Below are positions 10,101 through 17,563 of a stretch of 18,699 nt of DNA, one piece after another. The position numbers and the translations under genes were made by a program. This DNA is from a bacterium (GTDB taxonomy: Bacteria > Arandabacterota > Arandabacteria > Arandabacterales > JALGWA01): positions 1-18,699 of the forward strand of contig JASFEA010000062.1 of assembly GCA_050125095.1 (NCBI GenBank), written 5' to 3'. Positions within the stretch are counted from its first letter, which is position 1. Each line of letters begins with the position of its first letter. A model generated the notes under the pieces. That model was not told the DNA's origin and did no database searches. It saw only the letters and a list, made by a program, of their open reading frames with translations.

Positions 10101-10844
10101 CACACAGGAGGCGGCACCTATTCCTGGAAGTCCGGCGGCGAGGACTCCGTCAAGTACTCGAATTATTCCTACGGCGCGCTTGTAAGCCCCGAGCTCTGCC
10201 TCTCCGGCGACGCAACCATGACCTTCTGGCAGTATATCGAGGTTGAGATGATATCTTCCTCGGTTGCCTGGGACGGCGGAATCGTTGAGATATCCACCGA
10301 CGGCGGCGAGACCTGGGCGCAGATAGCGCCCGTGGGTGGCTATCCCGACAAGATTTACGGCGATTCCCACTGCCCGTTTGCCAAGGACACGCCCTGCTTC
10401 GGCACCACGTCCGGATGGGAGATGGAAGAGTTCGACCTATCGGCTTACGAGGGAAGCGCGAGGATCAGGTTCGTGTTCGGTTCCGGATCCATCGTGGGGG
10501 AAGAGGGGTGGTACATAGACGACATCGACATCGTCGACGACCTCGCCGGAGTCGATGATCCGCGTGCCACCGTGCCCGGCACTTTCCGGCTGCACGCGAT
10601 GGCGCCCAATCCCGTGATATCCGGCGCGCTTGTCGCGTTCGATGTCCCGGCCACCTCGCGCGTCAAGGTGGAGATCTTCAACGTCGAGGGCAGGGTCGTG
10701 GAAACGATAGCGAACTCCACCTTCGAGCCCGGAAGATATTCCATCGATTGGAAACCGGGCCTGCGACTTGCTCCCGGCGTCTACTTTCTGAACATGGAGA
10801 CGCCGACATTCAGCCAGACGAGAAAAGTCATCATCGTCAGGTAG
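7158..10844 (+). CDS. Secreted gingipain-family (peptidase C25) cysteine protease: propeptide, C25 domain, Ig-like domains, MAM/adhesin-like domain, T9SS-type/FlgD-like C-terminal domain
   Basis: Signal peptide ending AHSQA. Propeptide motif GNPGEPLLPV. C25 hallmarks YVIIT, YVLLGAD, SDLYYAALDG, PEVSLGRL, NHIGH (His at 8574), TQGC (Cys at 8679), GAVAFIG, LLGDPSM. C-terminus PNP...IFNVEGRVV...LAPGVYFL...RKVIIVR. Exact start uncertain (GTG 7158, ATG 7161 or TTG 7167). Confidence 0.92.
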   Translation: MMQLRKRPDRRIQAAIVGAICTILLLFAHSQASVLTRALHLPAPEITYRDGFCVVALEDAPSLGNPGEPLLPVYSLQVLLPQGEDVTAITADISRIEEIRIGHPVACAQGQFRLSRTAPLRTTLPDETIYGGGDAFPAARAVHVTTQTCRGYNIAFINVYPIVYVPAEKKLLAARDLEIVVETSPSTRMLSRSMQTLRVHHARDAAVVDRLVDDSGAAATYTVEAPFPVFSGLVDPDETYPYVIITNYFFRTLFEPLKAYKDSTGLKTKIVHLGDINANYPGADIEEKTRNFIKDAYANWETEYVLLGADREWIRPRGLFATAAGDSDLDIASDLYYAALDGNWNDDGDAYWGEPGEEDLIPEVSLGRLAVGDSAQVVDFVNKILKYERSPVAGQVETAAMLGEIISGGTYGADYMNEMRDGSSANGYTTAGLDGGFVADSLYDRDFYPAEWDKDDLVPLLNSGRHLVNHIGHCNLYNALKMDNDDADTSFTNDGVTSTYFILYTQGCYAGAFDNRDTDGSQLQDDCIAEHITFNQNGAVAFIGNTRYGYYSSGNTRGASQYFNRQFYDAIFDEGITAIGRANDDSRVDNISLIEFEAMRWVYYTLTLLGDPSMDIWTATPDSLAVTHPDTVFACENEIAIDVSDGFGPVEGARVSLFTDDTFSLGFTGSAGTCEIDPLTETPGELYISVTAHNFYSYLDTITVVTSEGPLVTFEGFTTDDDTTGASSGNSNSEVDAGETIESIVTLRNAGQDTAYYVTALLSTASPYVSLIDSTGIYGDIPPDSVNSPSWSFAYSILPGCPDGETLCFDLSIDHDDTTVVRTFEAAVHAPVLSVAGISTADTLYGDANGCLEASETFELALDFKNVGSGLGAGIAIEITENDPYVTLDVDSAYIDTLAADSTRTASPAYLITLAPDCPEFHEINLGINIAFESGRQLAESTTIYVGGWLEDDFEGGDRGWTHINLWPTYEDEWHIEDYRNHTGGGTYSWKSGGEDSVKYSNYSYGALVSPELCLSGDATMTFWQYIEVEMISSSVAWDGGIVEISTDGGETWAQIAPVGGYPDKIYGDSHCPFAKDTPCFGTTSGWEMEEFDLSAYEGSARIRFVFGSGSIVGEEGWYIDDIDIVDDLAGVDDPRATVPGTFRLHAMAPNPVISGALVAFDVPATSRVKVEIFNVEGRVVETIANSTFEPGRYSIDWKPGLRLAPGVYFLNMETPTFSQTRKVIIVR

Positions 10845-10863
10845 CCTTCCTCAGCATTATTCT

Positions 10864-10892
10864 TTGCCGTCCAAACCCAGCTTTGCTAGTAT
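10864..10892 (+). promoter_or_regulatory. Sigma70-type promoter for the lipoprotein gene
   Basis: TTGCCG (10864-10869), 17-bp spacer, TAGTAT (10887-10892), with extended TG at 10884-10885. Purine-rich AAGGAAGG precedes ATG 10949. Confidence 0.45.
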
Positions 10893-10948
10893 ATGCGCAC
10901 TGGTATGGGCGTATTCAGAGCGAATCTGTCTGAAAGGAAGGGCGAGAA

Positions 10949-11731
10949 ATGAAACATGTTCTGCTTGTGTTGTTCTTCGCTTCACTCGCCGCGTTGAGCT
11001 GTTCCACCGACAATCCTGTCGACTCCGGCAACGGGGCAAGCGGCACGGTGTACCTCTGGATAGGGGCCGACATGGATGCGACCGTGGACTTCTCTATGCC
11101 GGATGTCAACTGGGGCGCGGACGGCTATAACCGCGTTGCGCTCGGAACCAACAAGGCCAAGCGCTCTTACATCCACTTCATGATACCCAACTTCCCGGAA
11201 GGCACTACCGTGCTCGAGGCGTATATAGAGCTCTATCACGGAGGCCAGAATGAAGACGGCATGACGGACGACATCAACATCCCGTTCCAGGAAGCGAGCG
11301 ACACCTGGAGCGCCGAGGATATCACATGGAACAACCAGCCCTCATTCACGCCCGGGGGCACGTACACCATTGACCTTATAAGCCAGTCCTGGTCGGCATC
11401 CGATGACATCGCGGGCCAGGTACAGGGCTACTTCGACAGCCCCTCTTCCCACCGCGGCATAGTGGTGTACTGGGCGAACACAGGCATGTCCATCGAGAAG
11501 GGCTTCTCTTCCAATAACAGCATCACCCGCACGGCCAACGACATGGGAGAGGCGCCCAGGCTCCTGGCAAAGATCCGGCTCCCCGACGGCAAGAATATGA
11601 ACGACGTGACGCTGCCTCAGTTCCCCGCCGGCACGGATCTCGACTTCCCCGGCGAGGAGATCCTGATGTTGAGATACTCGTCCGCTTCGGACTGGCCGGA
11701 GGACTGGGACGTCACAGGCGGCGGCAAATAG
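10949..11731 (+). CDS. Lipoprotein with DNRLRE-like (CBM96-related) domain
   Basis: Lipoprotein signal MKHVLLVLFFASLAALS-C. Domain motifs DATV...PDVNWG, KRSYIHF, TVLEAYIELY, WSAEDITWNNQP, DIAGQVQGY, HRGIVV and PRL match the DNRLRE pattern. Confidence 0.78.
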   Translation: MKHVLLVLFFASLAALSCSTDNPVDSGNGASGTVYLWIGADMDATVDFSMPDVNWGADGYNRVALGTNKAKRSYIHFMIPNFPEGTTVLEAYIELYHGGQNEDGMTDDINIPFQEASDTWSAEDITWNNQPSFTPGGTYTIDLISQSWSASDDIAGQVQGYFDSPSSHRGIVVYWANTGMSIEKGFSSNNSITRTANDMGEAPRLLAKIRLPDGKNMNDVTLPQFPAGTDLDFPGEEILMLRYSSASDWPEDWDVTGGGK

Positions 11732-11752
11732 CACCTGCAGCCGGTCCTCCCC

Positions 11753-11793
11753 ATAAAATAGTGCTGGGCCGGTCGGGCAATCCGGCCCAGCAC
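11753..11793 (-). terminator. Rho-independent terminator of the minus-strand SBBP gene (possibly bidirectional)
   Basis: 12-bp perfect stem GTGCTGGGCCGG (11761-11772) / CCGGCCCAGCAC (11782-11793). On the minus strand it is followed by TATTTTAT. It lies between convergent genes. Confidence 0.7.
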
Positions 11794-11844
11794 GAGGGGA
11801 AGACCATGAATCCCCTAATTCATCTTTATTCCAGGCGGCCGTCC

Positions 11845-14334
11845 TCAGCGGATCGATACCACCTTGCGACTTACATATCCTCCGTCTCTCTCCAGAACCA
11901 GGAAGTATACGCCCGGGGTGACCAGCTCCCCACGATCGTCCCTCCCGTCCCAGTACACCTCGTTCTCGCCGGCCCCGGCCATATCGTCCATAAGAACCCC
12001 GACGGCCTGTCCGGTCACGTCATATAAGACCACCCTGACCGGCGAAGGTTCCTCGAGACGGAATCTGACTACAGCGGAGGTCGCGCAAGGATTGGGCCAG
12101 CTCGATAGCATGACTGCGTCGAACGGCCCCTCAGGGTATTCAACCGAGCCCGTGGCATCCGACAGCAGCGGGTCGAGCTTCGCGATGTACACGTCCCCGC
12201 CCCAGTTAAGGTCTGCGCCCATGGACTCGCCCCCGTTGAACGAATCGTCATACGCCCCGGGCGAAGTCTCAAGGTCATCCGAGTTGGTGCCCATGCAGAT
12301 ATAGAGCCCGTCGCCGCCCCACACGATCGAGCCAGCCAGGTCGATCCCGCCGCTTCCCATATAGGTCGACGCGGTGAGCGACACCAGCGCCGTATCGAGC
12401 CGGGCAACGAAGACATCACCGGCGTAGAAATTCGTCGTGCCCCCATAGCTCCCGTCATACTCGTCAGGCCCGGTCGGGAAGTCATCGGAGTTCGTGGTGC
12501 CGGCGACATATACATGGCCTTCGGCGTCCAGGGTCAATGCAAGGCCCTGCTCCCACCCGGTTCCACCCAGATAGGTGGACGCCAGGAGATGACCGAGATC
12601 GGCGCTCAGCTTGCTGACATACGCGTCATCATCCGTGCCCTGTATCCCGACCCCACCATAGGTGGAATCATACACCCCGGGCGTTGTCGGGAAGTCGTAG
12701 TCGGAGGCGGTGTGCCCGGTCACATAGACAGCCGAGCCGTCTTCCATTATCATGTCATACACAAAGTCCCAGTAGGATCCGCCCAGGAACGTGGACGCGC
12801 TCACCTGCGTGAGGTCGGGGCTGAGCCTCGTTATAAAACCGTCGTAGGATCCTCCGGCGTAAGTCTCGGAATAGGCCCCGGGCGTGGTGGGCCACACCGG
12901 GGACATGGTCCATCCGCCTATAAACGGGTAACCCTCGTCGTCCAGCAGTATGGCCTCCGGCGCATCATAGCCTGCGCCTCCCAGGTACGTGGACGCCGAT
13001 ACCTCCGTAAGCGCGGTGTCGAGCCGCGTAACCACCACGTCCGCATCGCCTCCGGCATAAGTGGTGTCAATGCAGCCATAGACGGCGGGATAGTTCGGCG
13101 ACTTGGTAATTCCAACCAGGAAAACGTAGCCGCCGTCGCCGACGGCAAGGTGCGGACCCTGCTCCTTATTGCTCCCGCCCAGGTAAGTGGCTGCCAGAAG
13201 GTGCTCGAGGTCAGCCGTAAGGTGGGCGATGAAGAAATCCCCGAGTCCATTATAGGTGGTATCATAGGCATCAGGTGTCACCGGAAAATCTCCGGCCTTG
13301 GTCATCGCCGCGACCCACACCGTGCCGTCGTCGCCAAGCACCAGGTCGGCCCCCGGCCAGGCGCCCTCGTAACCTGTGCCGCCCAGGAAGGTGGACGCAA
13401 TCAGGGTGCAGAGGTCGCCGTCGAATTTGGAGATGAATATATCGCTACGCGCCGTGCTGAAGGATGTGTCGAACGCGGTGGGCGTGGTCGGAAGGTCCCA
13501 TGACATGGTGCGGTCGGCCACGTAGATATTGCCGTCGGCGTCCTTCACCATTGGAAGCTCCCCAAGCCCGTCGCCCTCGCTTCCACCGAAGTATGTGCCC
13601 GCGAGGAGCGGGTCTATGACAAGGTCGTGTTCGGCGCTGAAGCCGCCCACCTCAAAGCCATATTCGTCGCCGTCCACGACATAGGCCACGTCCACGAGCC
13701 GGCGGCTGCCGTCGATGTTCTGGTACGCCACCGGCCTCGAGAAAGTGACGTCGCCGGCATTTGTGGCGACGACAAGTTCCCCGGTCTCGGAGAGAGACAG
13801 GGGTCCCGGTGCGCGTACCTTAAGTCTTATATCACCCGGGTTGCCCCCGGGACGTATAGTGAATCTCTTTTCCACAGTGGCGCCGTGCGCGCTCAGGTCG
13901 AAAATGATGGATTCATAGACCTGGCCGAAGGACACTTCTTCATACATGCCCGCCCCGACCCTCCAGCGTGCCGGGTCGCGGCCGATGAAGTAGTTCGCCG
14001 CGGCCGCCGTCCTGCCCGCGCCCGAAATCTCGAGCCCGGCGGCGCCCACGAAGGTCTCTTCGATCATAACCGCTGCTTGCCGGCCGCCTTCGTCCGCGCC
14101 TTCGAGCAGATACGACATCGTCCCGCCATCGGTGACGAAAAACGCCCCCGCGAAAACCGGGGCAAAGAACTTCGTCCCCTCACGCCACTGCCCGGCATTC
14201 TCGATAAAAGGCATTCGCGCCGCCCCCAGGTGCGCGCGGAGACCATCGGTTCCGGCAAGCGCCCACACGGGTACGCAGCACAGGGTAACGGCCACGAGCA
14301 GAGACAGCAATCTGACCGGGATACAGTAATTCAT
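11845..14334 (-). CDS. Secreted SBBP-repeat beta-propeller protein with N-terminal FIENxGQ domain and FlgD-like/T9SS-type C-terminal domain (829 aa)
   Basis: Start reassigned to ATG 14334 because a strong SD (AAAGGAGG) precedes it and a signal peptide follows (MNYCIPVRLLSLLVAVTLCCVPVWALA). N-domain motifs PFIENAGQ, ANYFIGRDPARW, PVAYQ, LVIDP. Seven (S/A/G)T(Y/F)(L/F/M)G(G/S) repeats. C-terminus PNP...YDVTGQ...WDGRDDRG...GVYFL...RKVVSIR. Confidence 0.9.
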   Translation of the reverse strand: MNYCIPVRLLSLLVAVTLCCVPVWALAGTDGLRAHLGAARMPFIENAGQWREGTKFFAPVFAGAFFVTDGGTMSYLLEGADEGGRQAAVMIEETFVGAAGLEISGAGRTAAAANYFIGRDPARWRVGAGMYEEVSFGQVYESIIFDLSAHGATVEKRFTIRPGGNPGDIRLKVRAPGPLSLSETGELVVATNAGDVTFSRPVAYQNIDGSRRLVDVAYVVDGDEYGFEVGGFSAEHDLVIDPLLAGTYFGGSEGDGLGELPMVKDADGNIYVADRTMSWDLPTTPTAFDTSFSTARSDIFISKFDGDLCTLIASTFLGGTGYEGAWPGADLVLGDDGTVWVAAMTKAGDFPVTPDAYDTTYNGLGDFFIAHLTADLEHLLAATYLGGSNKEQGPHLAVGDGGYVFLVGITKSPNYPAVYGCIDTTYAGGDADVVVTRLDTALTEVSASTYLGGAGYDAPEAILLDDEGYPFIGGWTMSPVWPTTPGAYSETYAGGSYDGFITRLSPDLTQVSASTFLGGSYWDFVYDMIMEDGSAVYVTGHTASDYDFPTTPGVYDSTYGGVGIQGTDDDAYVSKLSADLGHLLASTYLGGTGWEQGLALTLDAEGHVYVAGTTNSDDFPTGPDEYDGSYGGTTNFYAGDVFVARLDTALVSLTASTYMGSGGIDLAGSIVWGGDGLYICMGTNSDDLETSPGAYDDSFNGGESMGADLNWGGDVYIAKLDPLLSDATGSVEYPEGPFDAVMLSSWPNPCATSAVVRFRLEEPSPVRVVLYDVTGQAVGVLMDDMAGAGENEVYWDGRDDRGELVTPGVYFLVLERDGGYVSRKVVSIR
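12160..13610 (-). repeat. Seven ~65-70 aa intragenic beta-propeller repeats
   Basis: GTYFGG, STFLGG, ATYLGG, STYLGG, STFLGG, STYLGG, STYMGS, each followed by a D(F/L)PTTPxAYDxxY-like segment. Also visible in DNA, e.g. GCCCAGGAA(G/C)GTGGACGC at 13381 and 12781. Confidence 0.85.
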
Positions 14335-14507
14335 GGCGTTGCCTCCTTTGCTGCCTGATGATAACTGCGACAGGGGTGGGACGTAATACGCAGACATCAT
14401 CGCCCTTATGCGGCCGGTCCCAGCAACCGGCGACACCGTTACTATACCCACGAATCCGGGAACCGGAACTGCCTTTTATAGCAGAGGTTACATAGGCAGG
14501 GGTATAT

Positions 14508-14542
14508 TTGACTCCAACTGGCCTATGGCCTTATGTTATACT
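14508..14542 (+). promoter_or_regulatory. Sigma70-type promoter for kinase 3
   Basis: TTGACT (14508-14513), 18-bp spacer, TATGTT (14532-14537); an overlapping extended -10 TGtTATACT lies at 14534-14542. Confidence 0.5.
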
Positions 14543-14574
14543 GGCGGCGCTGTGGAACACCCGAGGTTCAAGTC

Positions 14575-17562
14575 GTGAAATGTCCTAAATGCAATACCGA
14601 AGTAAGTGAAGACAGCCGGTACTGCAGAACATGCGGGGCCGAACTGCCCCAGACAGGCGCCCCGCCCATGCATGAGACCAGGCCATTCAAGCCGGCGCGC
14701 GGGGAGCGGCGGATCGAAGGCATCGTCGCCGAAAAATACAAGATCGAGCGCGAGCTCGGCAGGGGCGGCATGGGGCGCGTCTACAAGGCGGAGGACATCA
14801 GGCTCAGGCGACCGGTGGCTCTCAAATTCCTGCCTCCCGACCTCGTCCAGGACAGGGAGGCGCGCGAGCGCTTCGTCCGGGAGGCCCAGGCGGCCTCCGC
14901 CCTGGACCACCCCAACATCTGCACCATATACGAGATTGACGAGACCGACGCCGAGCAGATGTTCATCGCGATGGCCTACTACGGTGGAGAGTCGCTCAAG
15001 GAGCGCATAGGCCGGGGGCCGCTCCCCATTGACGAGGCCCTGAATATCGCCGTGCAGGTCGCCGAGGGTCTCGCCAGGGCTCACGAGGCCGGCATGGTCC
15101 ACCGGGACATAAAGCCGGCCAATATACTCATCACGCCGCGCGATGACGTGAAGATAGTCGACTTCGGCCTCGCCAAGCTCACGGGTGTGCACATCACGAC
15201 CAGCATCGGCGTCCCCATGGGAACAGTGCTCTACATGTCGCCCGAGCAGGCTCGCGGCGATAAGGTGGACAAGCGCACGGATATCTGGGCGCTCGGCGTA
15301 GTGCTTTACGAGATGCTGACGGGCGCGCTGCCCTTCGCCGGGGAGAATGAACAGGCCGTCATCTACTCGATTCTGAACGTCGAGCCCAAGCCTCCCACCT
15401 ACGTGCACACCGGCATCCCCCCGGCCCTGGAAAAGGTCGTAATGAAAGCCATCAAGAAGGACGCGGCCGACAGGTATGCCGACGCCGAGGAGATTCTCCT
15501 TGATATTAAGAAGCTCAAGCGGGAGCTGGACACCACGGGTTCCATAAGAACCTATGTGGGCCTCGGCGGCAGCGTGGATGACATAGTCATCTGGGAGCCC
15601 AAGCCGGTCGCAGTCATAACTTTCGACAACCACACCGGGGACGCGGCCTATGAGTACCTCCGGAAGGCCATCCCCAATCTTCTCATAACGAGCCTTGAGC
15701 AGTCCAAATACCTGCGCGTGGTAACGTGGGAACGCCTGCAGGACCTGCTCAAGCAGATGAACAAGCCGAATGTTGACATTATCGACAAGGAGCTTGGCTT
15801 CGAGCTCTGCGAGATGGACGACATAGAGGCGATAGTGGTCGGGAGCTTCACCAAGGCCGGCGACCTATTCGCCACCGACGTAAAGGTGCTGGACGTCAAG
15901 ACCAAGAACCTTATAAAGAGCGCGAGCTCCAAAGGGAAAGGCGTGGACAGCATCCTGCAGAAGCAGATCGACAAGCTTAGCAAAGAGATTTCCAGGGGGA
16001 TCGGCATAACCGAGAGACCGCAGGACGAGAGCCGCCATCCCATCGCCGAAGTAACCACCGAGTCGATGGAGGCTTATAACCACTATCTCAAGGGCCGGGA
16101 TTCCTACGAGCGCCTTTACAATGAAGAAGCGCGGGCGAGCCTGGAGAAGGCCATAGAGCTGGACCCCGAGTTCGCGGCGGCCCACCTGTATCTGGCCGGC
16201 GTCCATGGAAGGCTCCGCAACACGAAGAAGCGGGACCACCATTACAGGAAGGCGATGGATTATGCCGACAAGGCAAACCGCAAGGAGCGGCTTTATATAG
16301 AGGCCGCCTATGCGGTGTCCATCGAAGGCGACATCAAGAAGAGGTTCCGCATACTCAAGCAGATGACGGAGGAGTTCCCGGACGAGAAACTGGCGCATCA
16401 GCTGCTGGCGTCGCATTACCGCGTGAATGAGCTTTTCTACCAGGCCGTTGAGGAATACGACAAGGTTCTCGAGCTCGACCCCAATTACGGATGGGCCATG
16501 AACGAGCTCGGCTACATGTACGCCGATGCCGGCTACTTCGACAAGGCGCATGATTATCTGCAGCGCTACATGAGCGCGTCCCCGGGAAACGCCAATCCGA
16601 TAGACTCGATGGGCGAGCTCTATTTCCGGATGGGGAAACTGGACGACGCCGTCGCCAAGTACCGCGAGGCCCTGGAGCTGAAGCCCGATTTCTACTACGC
16701 GTACTGGGAAATCGCCTATATCTCCGCCCTGAAGGAGGACTATGCGGAGTCCCTCAAGTGGATGGATCTGTTCCTCGATAAGGCCCCCTCATTCGGCACG
16801 AAGGCGGAGGGGATGCAGTGGAAGGCTTTCTACCACTACTGGACCGGGAAGCTTGACGGCGCCCTTGCAATCGCCCGGGACCTGCGCGAAGCCGCAGAAA
16901 AAGAAGGCAGCGACCTCTGGATTACCGCCGCAGAGAGACTCCAGGGCTGGATATATTTCGAGAAGAACGACTATGAGCTGAGCCGCGGCCACTTCGAGAA
17001 CTGCCTCGTCGCGCTTGGAGCCAATCCCCAGGCCTACATACCGGCGCAGAAGAGCTACACGCTGTGGACGCCGGACATGATTCCCAGCTTCCGCGCGGCT
17101 TACAGTTTCGCGCTCGCCCTCATAGACTTAAGAGAGGGACTCTTTGCGCCGGCCGAGCTCCGTTACAACAAGGTAAAACCCCTTATGCCGGACAGGGCCG
17201 AGTTCCTGCGCGGCGAGCTGCTGCTCGCCATGCGCCAGCCGGACAAAGCCATCACGGTATGCGAAAAGGCGCCGCAGTGGAAGACACCTTACATGAGCGA
17301 CACCGACGCAATGCTCGCCTACAATCTTCCGCCGATGAAGGACACGCTGGCGCGGGCATACGTGGCCAAGGGCAGTCTGGAGAAAGCCATTGACGAGTAT
17401 CTCCGTCTCACCAGGTTCAGCCCGCGGAGCAAGGACCGGCGCTTTGTGCACCCGCGCTACTACCGGAGACTGGCCGACCTGTACGACGAAACCAGCAGGC
17501 CCCATAAGGCGCAGGAGGCGCGGAGCCGGTTTGAGAGCCTCTACGGTCCTTCCGGCGATTAA
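14575..17562 (+). CDS. Zinc-ribbon, Ser/Thr kinase, TolB-N-like domain, TPR protein with no TM helix (kinase 3)
   Basis: Likely start GTG 14575 (GAGG at 14563-14566), giving MKCPKC...YCRTCG (zinc ribbon). Kinase motifs GRGGMGRV, VALK, HRDIKPAN, DFG, GTVLYMSPE, TDIWALG. PVAVITFDN domain, then TPRs. Stop TAA at 17560-17562. Confidence 0.93.
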   Translation: MKCPKCNTEVSEDSRYCRTCGAELPQTGAPPMHETRPFKPARGERRIEGIVAEKYKIERELGRGGMGRVYKAEDIRLRRPVALKFLPPDLVQDREARERFVREAQAASALDHPNICTIYEIDETDAEQMFIAMAYYGGESLKERIGRGPLPIDEALNIAVQVAEGLARAHEAGMVHRDIKPANILITPRDDVKIVDFGLAKLTGVHITTSIGVPMGTVLYMSPEQARGDKVDKRTDIWALGVVLYEMLTGALPFAGENEQAVIYSILNVEPKPPTYVHTGIPPALEKVVMKAIKKDAADRYADAEEILLDIKKLKRELDTTGSIRTYVGLGGSVDDIVIWEPKPVAVITFDNHTGDAAYEYLRKAIPNLLITSLEQSKYLRVVTWERLQDLLKQMNKPNVDIIDKELGFELCEMDDIEAIVVGSFTKAGDLFATDVKVLDVKTKNLIKSASSKGKGVDSILQKQIDKLSKEISRGIGITERPQDESRHPIAEVTTESMEAYNHYLKGRDSYERLYNEEARASLEKAIELDPEFAAAHLYLAGVHGRLRNTKKRDHHYRKAMDYADKANRKERLYIEAAYAVSIEGDIKKRFRILKQMTEEFPDEKLAHQLLASHYRVNELFYQAVEEYDKVLELDPNYGWAMNELGYMYADAGYFDKAHDYLQRYMSASPGNANPIDSMGELYFRMGKLDDAVAKYREALELKPDFYYAYWEIAYISALKEDYAESLKWMDLFLDKAPSFGTKAEGMQWKAFYHYWTGKLDGALAIARDLREAAEKEGSDLWITAAERLQGWIYFEKNDYELSRGHFENCLVALGANPQAYIPAQKSYTLWTPDMIPSFRAAYSFALALIDLREGLFAPAELRYNKVKPLMPDRAEFLRGELLLAMRQPDKAITVCEKAPQWKTPYMSDTDAMLAYNLPPMKDTLARAYVAKGSLEKAIDEYLRLTRFSPRSKDRRFVHPRYYRRLADLYDETSRPHKAQEARSRFESLYGPSGD

Positions 17563-17563
17563 T

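Noticed and set aside
964..11757. TCCCCATAAA repeated shortly after two stop codons (964-973 and 11748-11757)
   Set aside because: A single low-complexity 10-mer match, within chance expectation. The second copy is explained by the terminator region.
11761..12027. 88-aa plus-strand ORF between the lipoprotein and propeller genes
   Set aside because: It starts inside the terminator hairpin and is mostly antisense to the propeller's C-terminal domain.
12160..13610. ~200-bp periodic DNA repeats as a CRISPR array or DGR template/variable repeats
   Set aside because: They are degenerate, in frame and fully explained by the protein propeller repeats. No cas or reverse transcriptase gene is present.
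14335..14451. 39-aa N-terminal extension of the propeller ORF
   Set aside because: A strong SD and a signal peptide support ATG 14334. The extension covers the likely leader and -10 region (TATAGT on the minus strand at 14441-14446).
14489..14506. CsoR/RcnR-type operator reading of TAC-ATAGGCAGGG-GTA
   Set aside because: The symmetry is poor, the spacing does not fit what I recall for these operators, and no metal-resistance genes are adjacent.
14533..14574. ATG 14533 as the start of kinase 3
   Set aside because: It lies within the predicted -10 element and has no SD. GTG 14575 gives the usual MKCPxC start.
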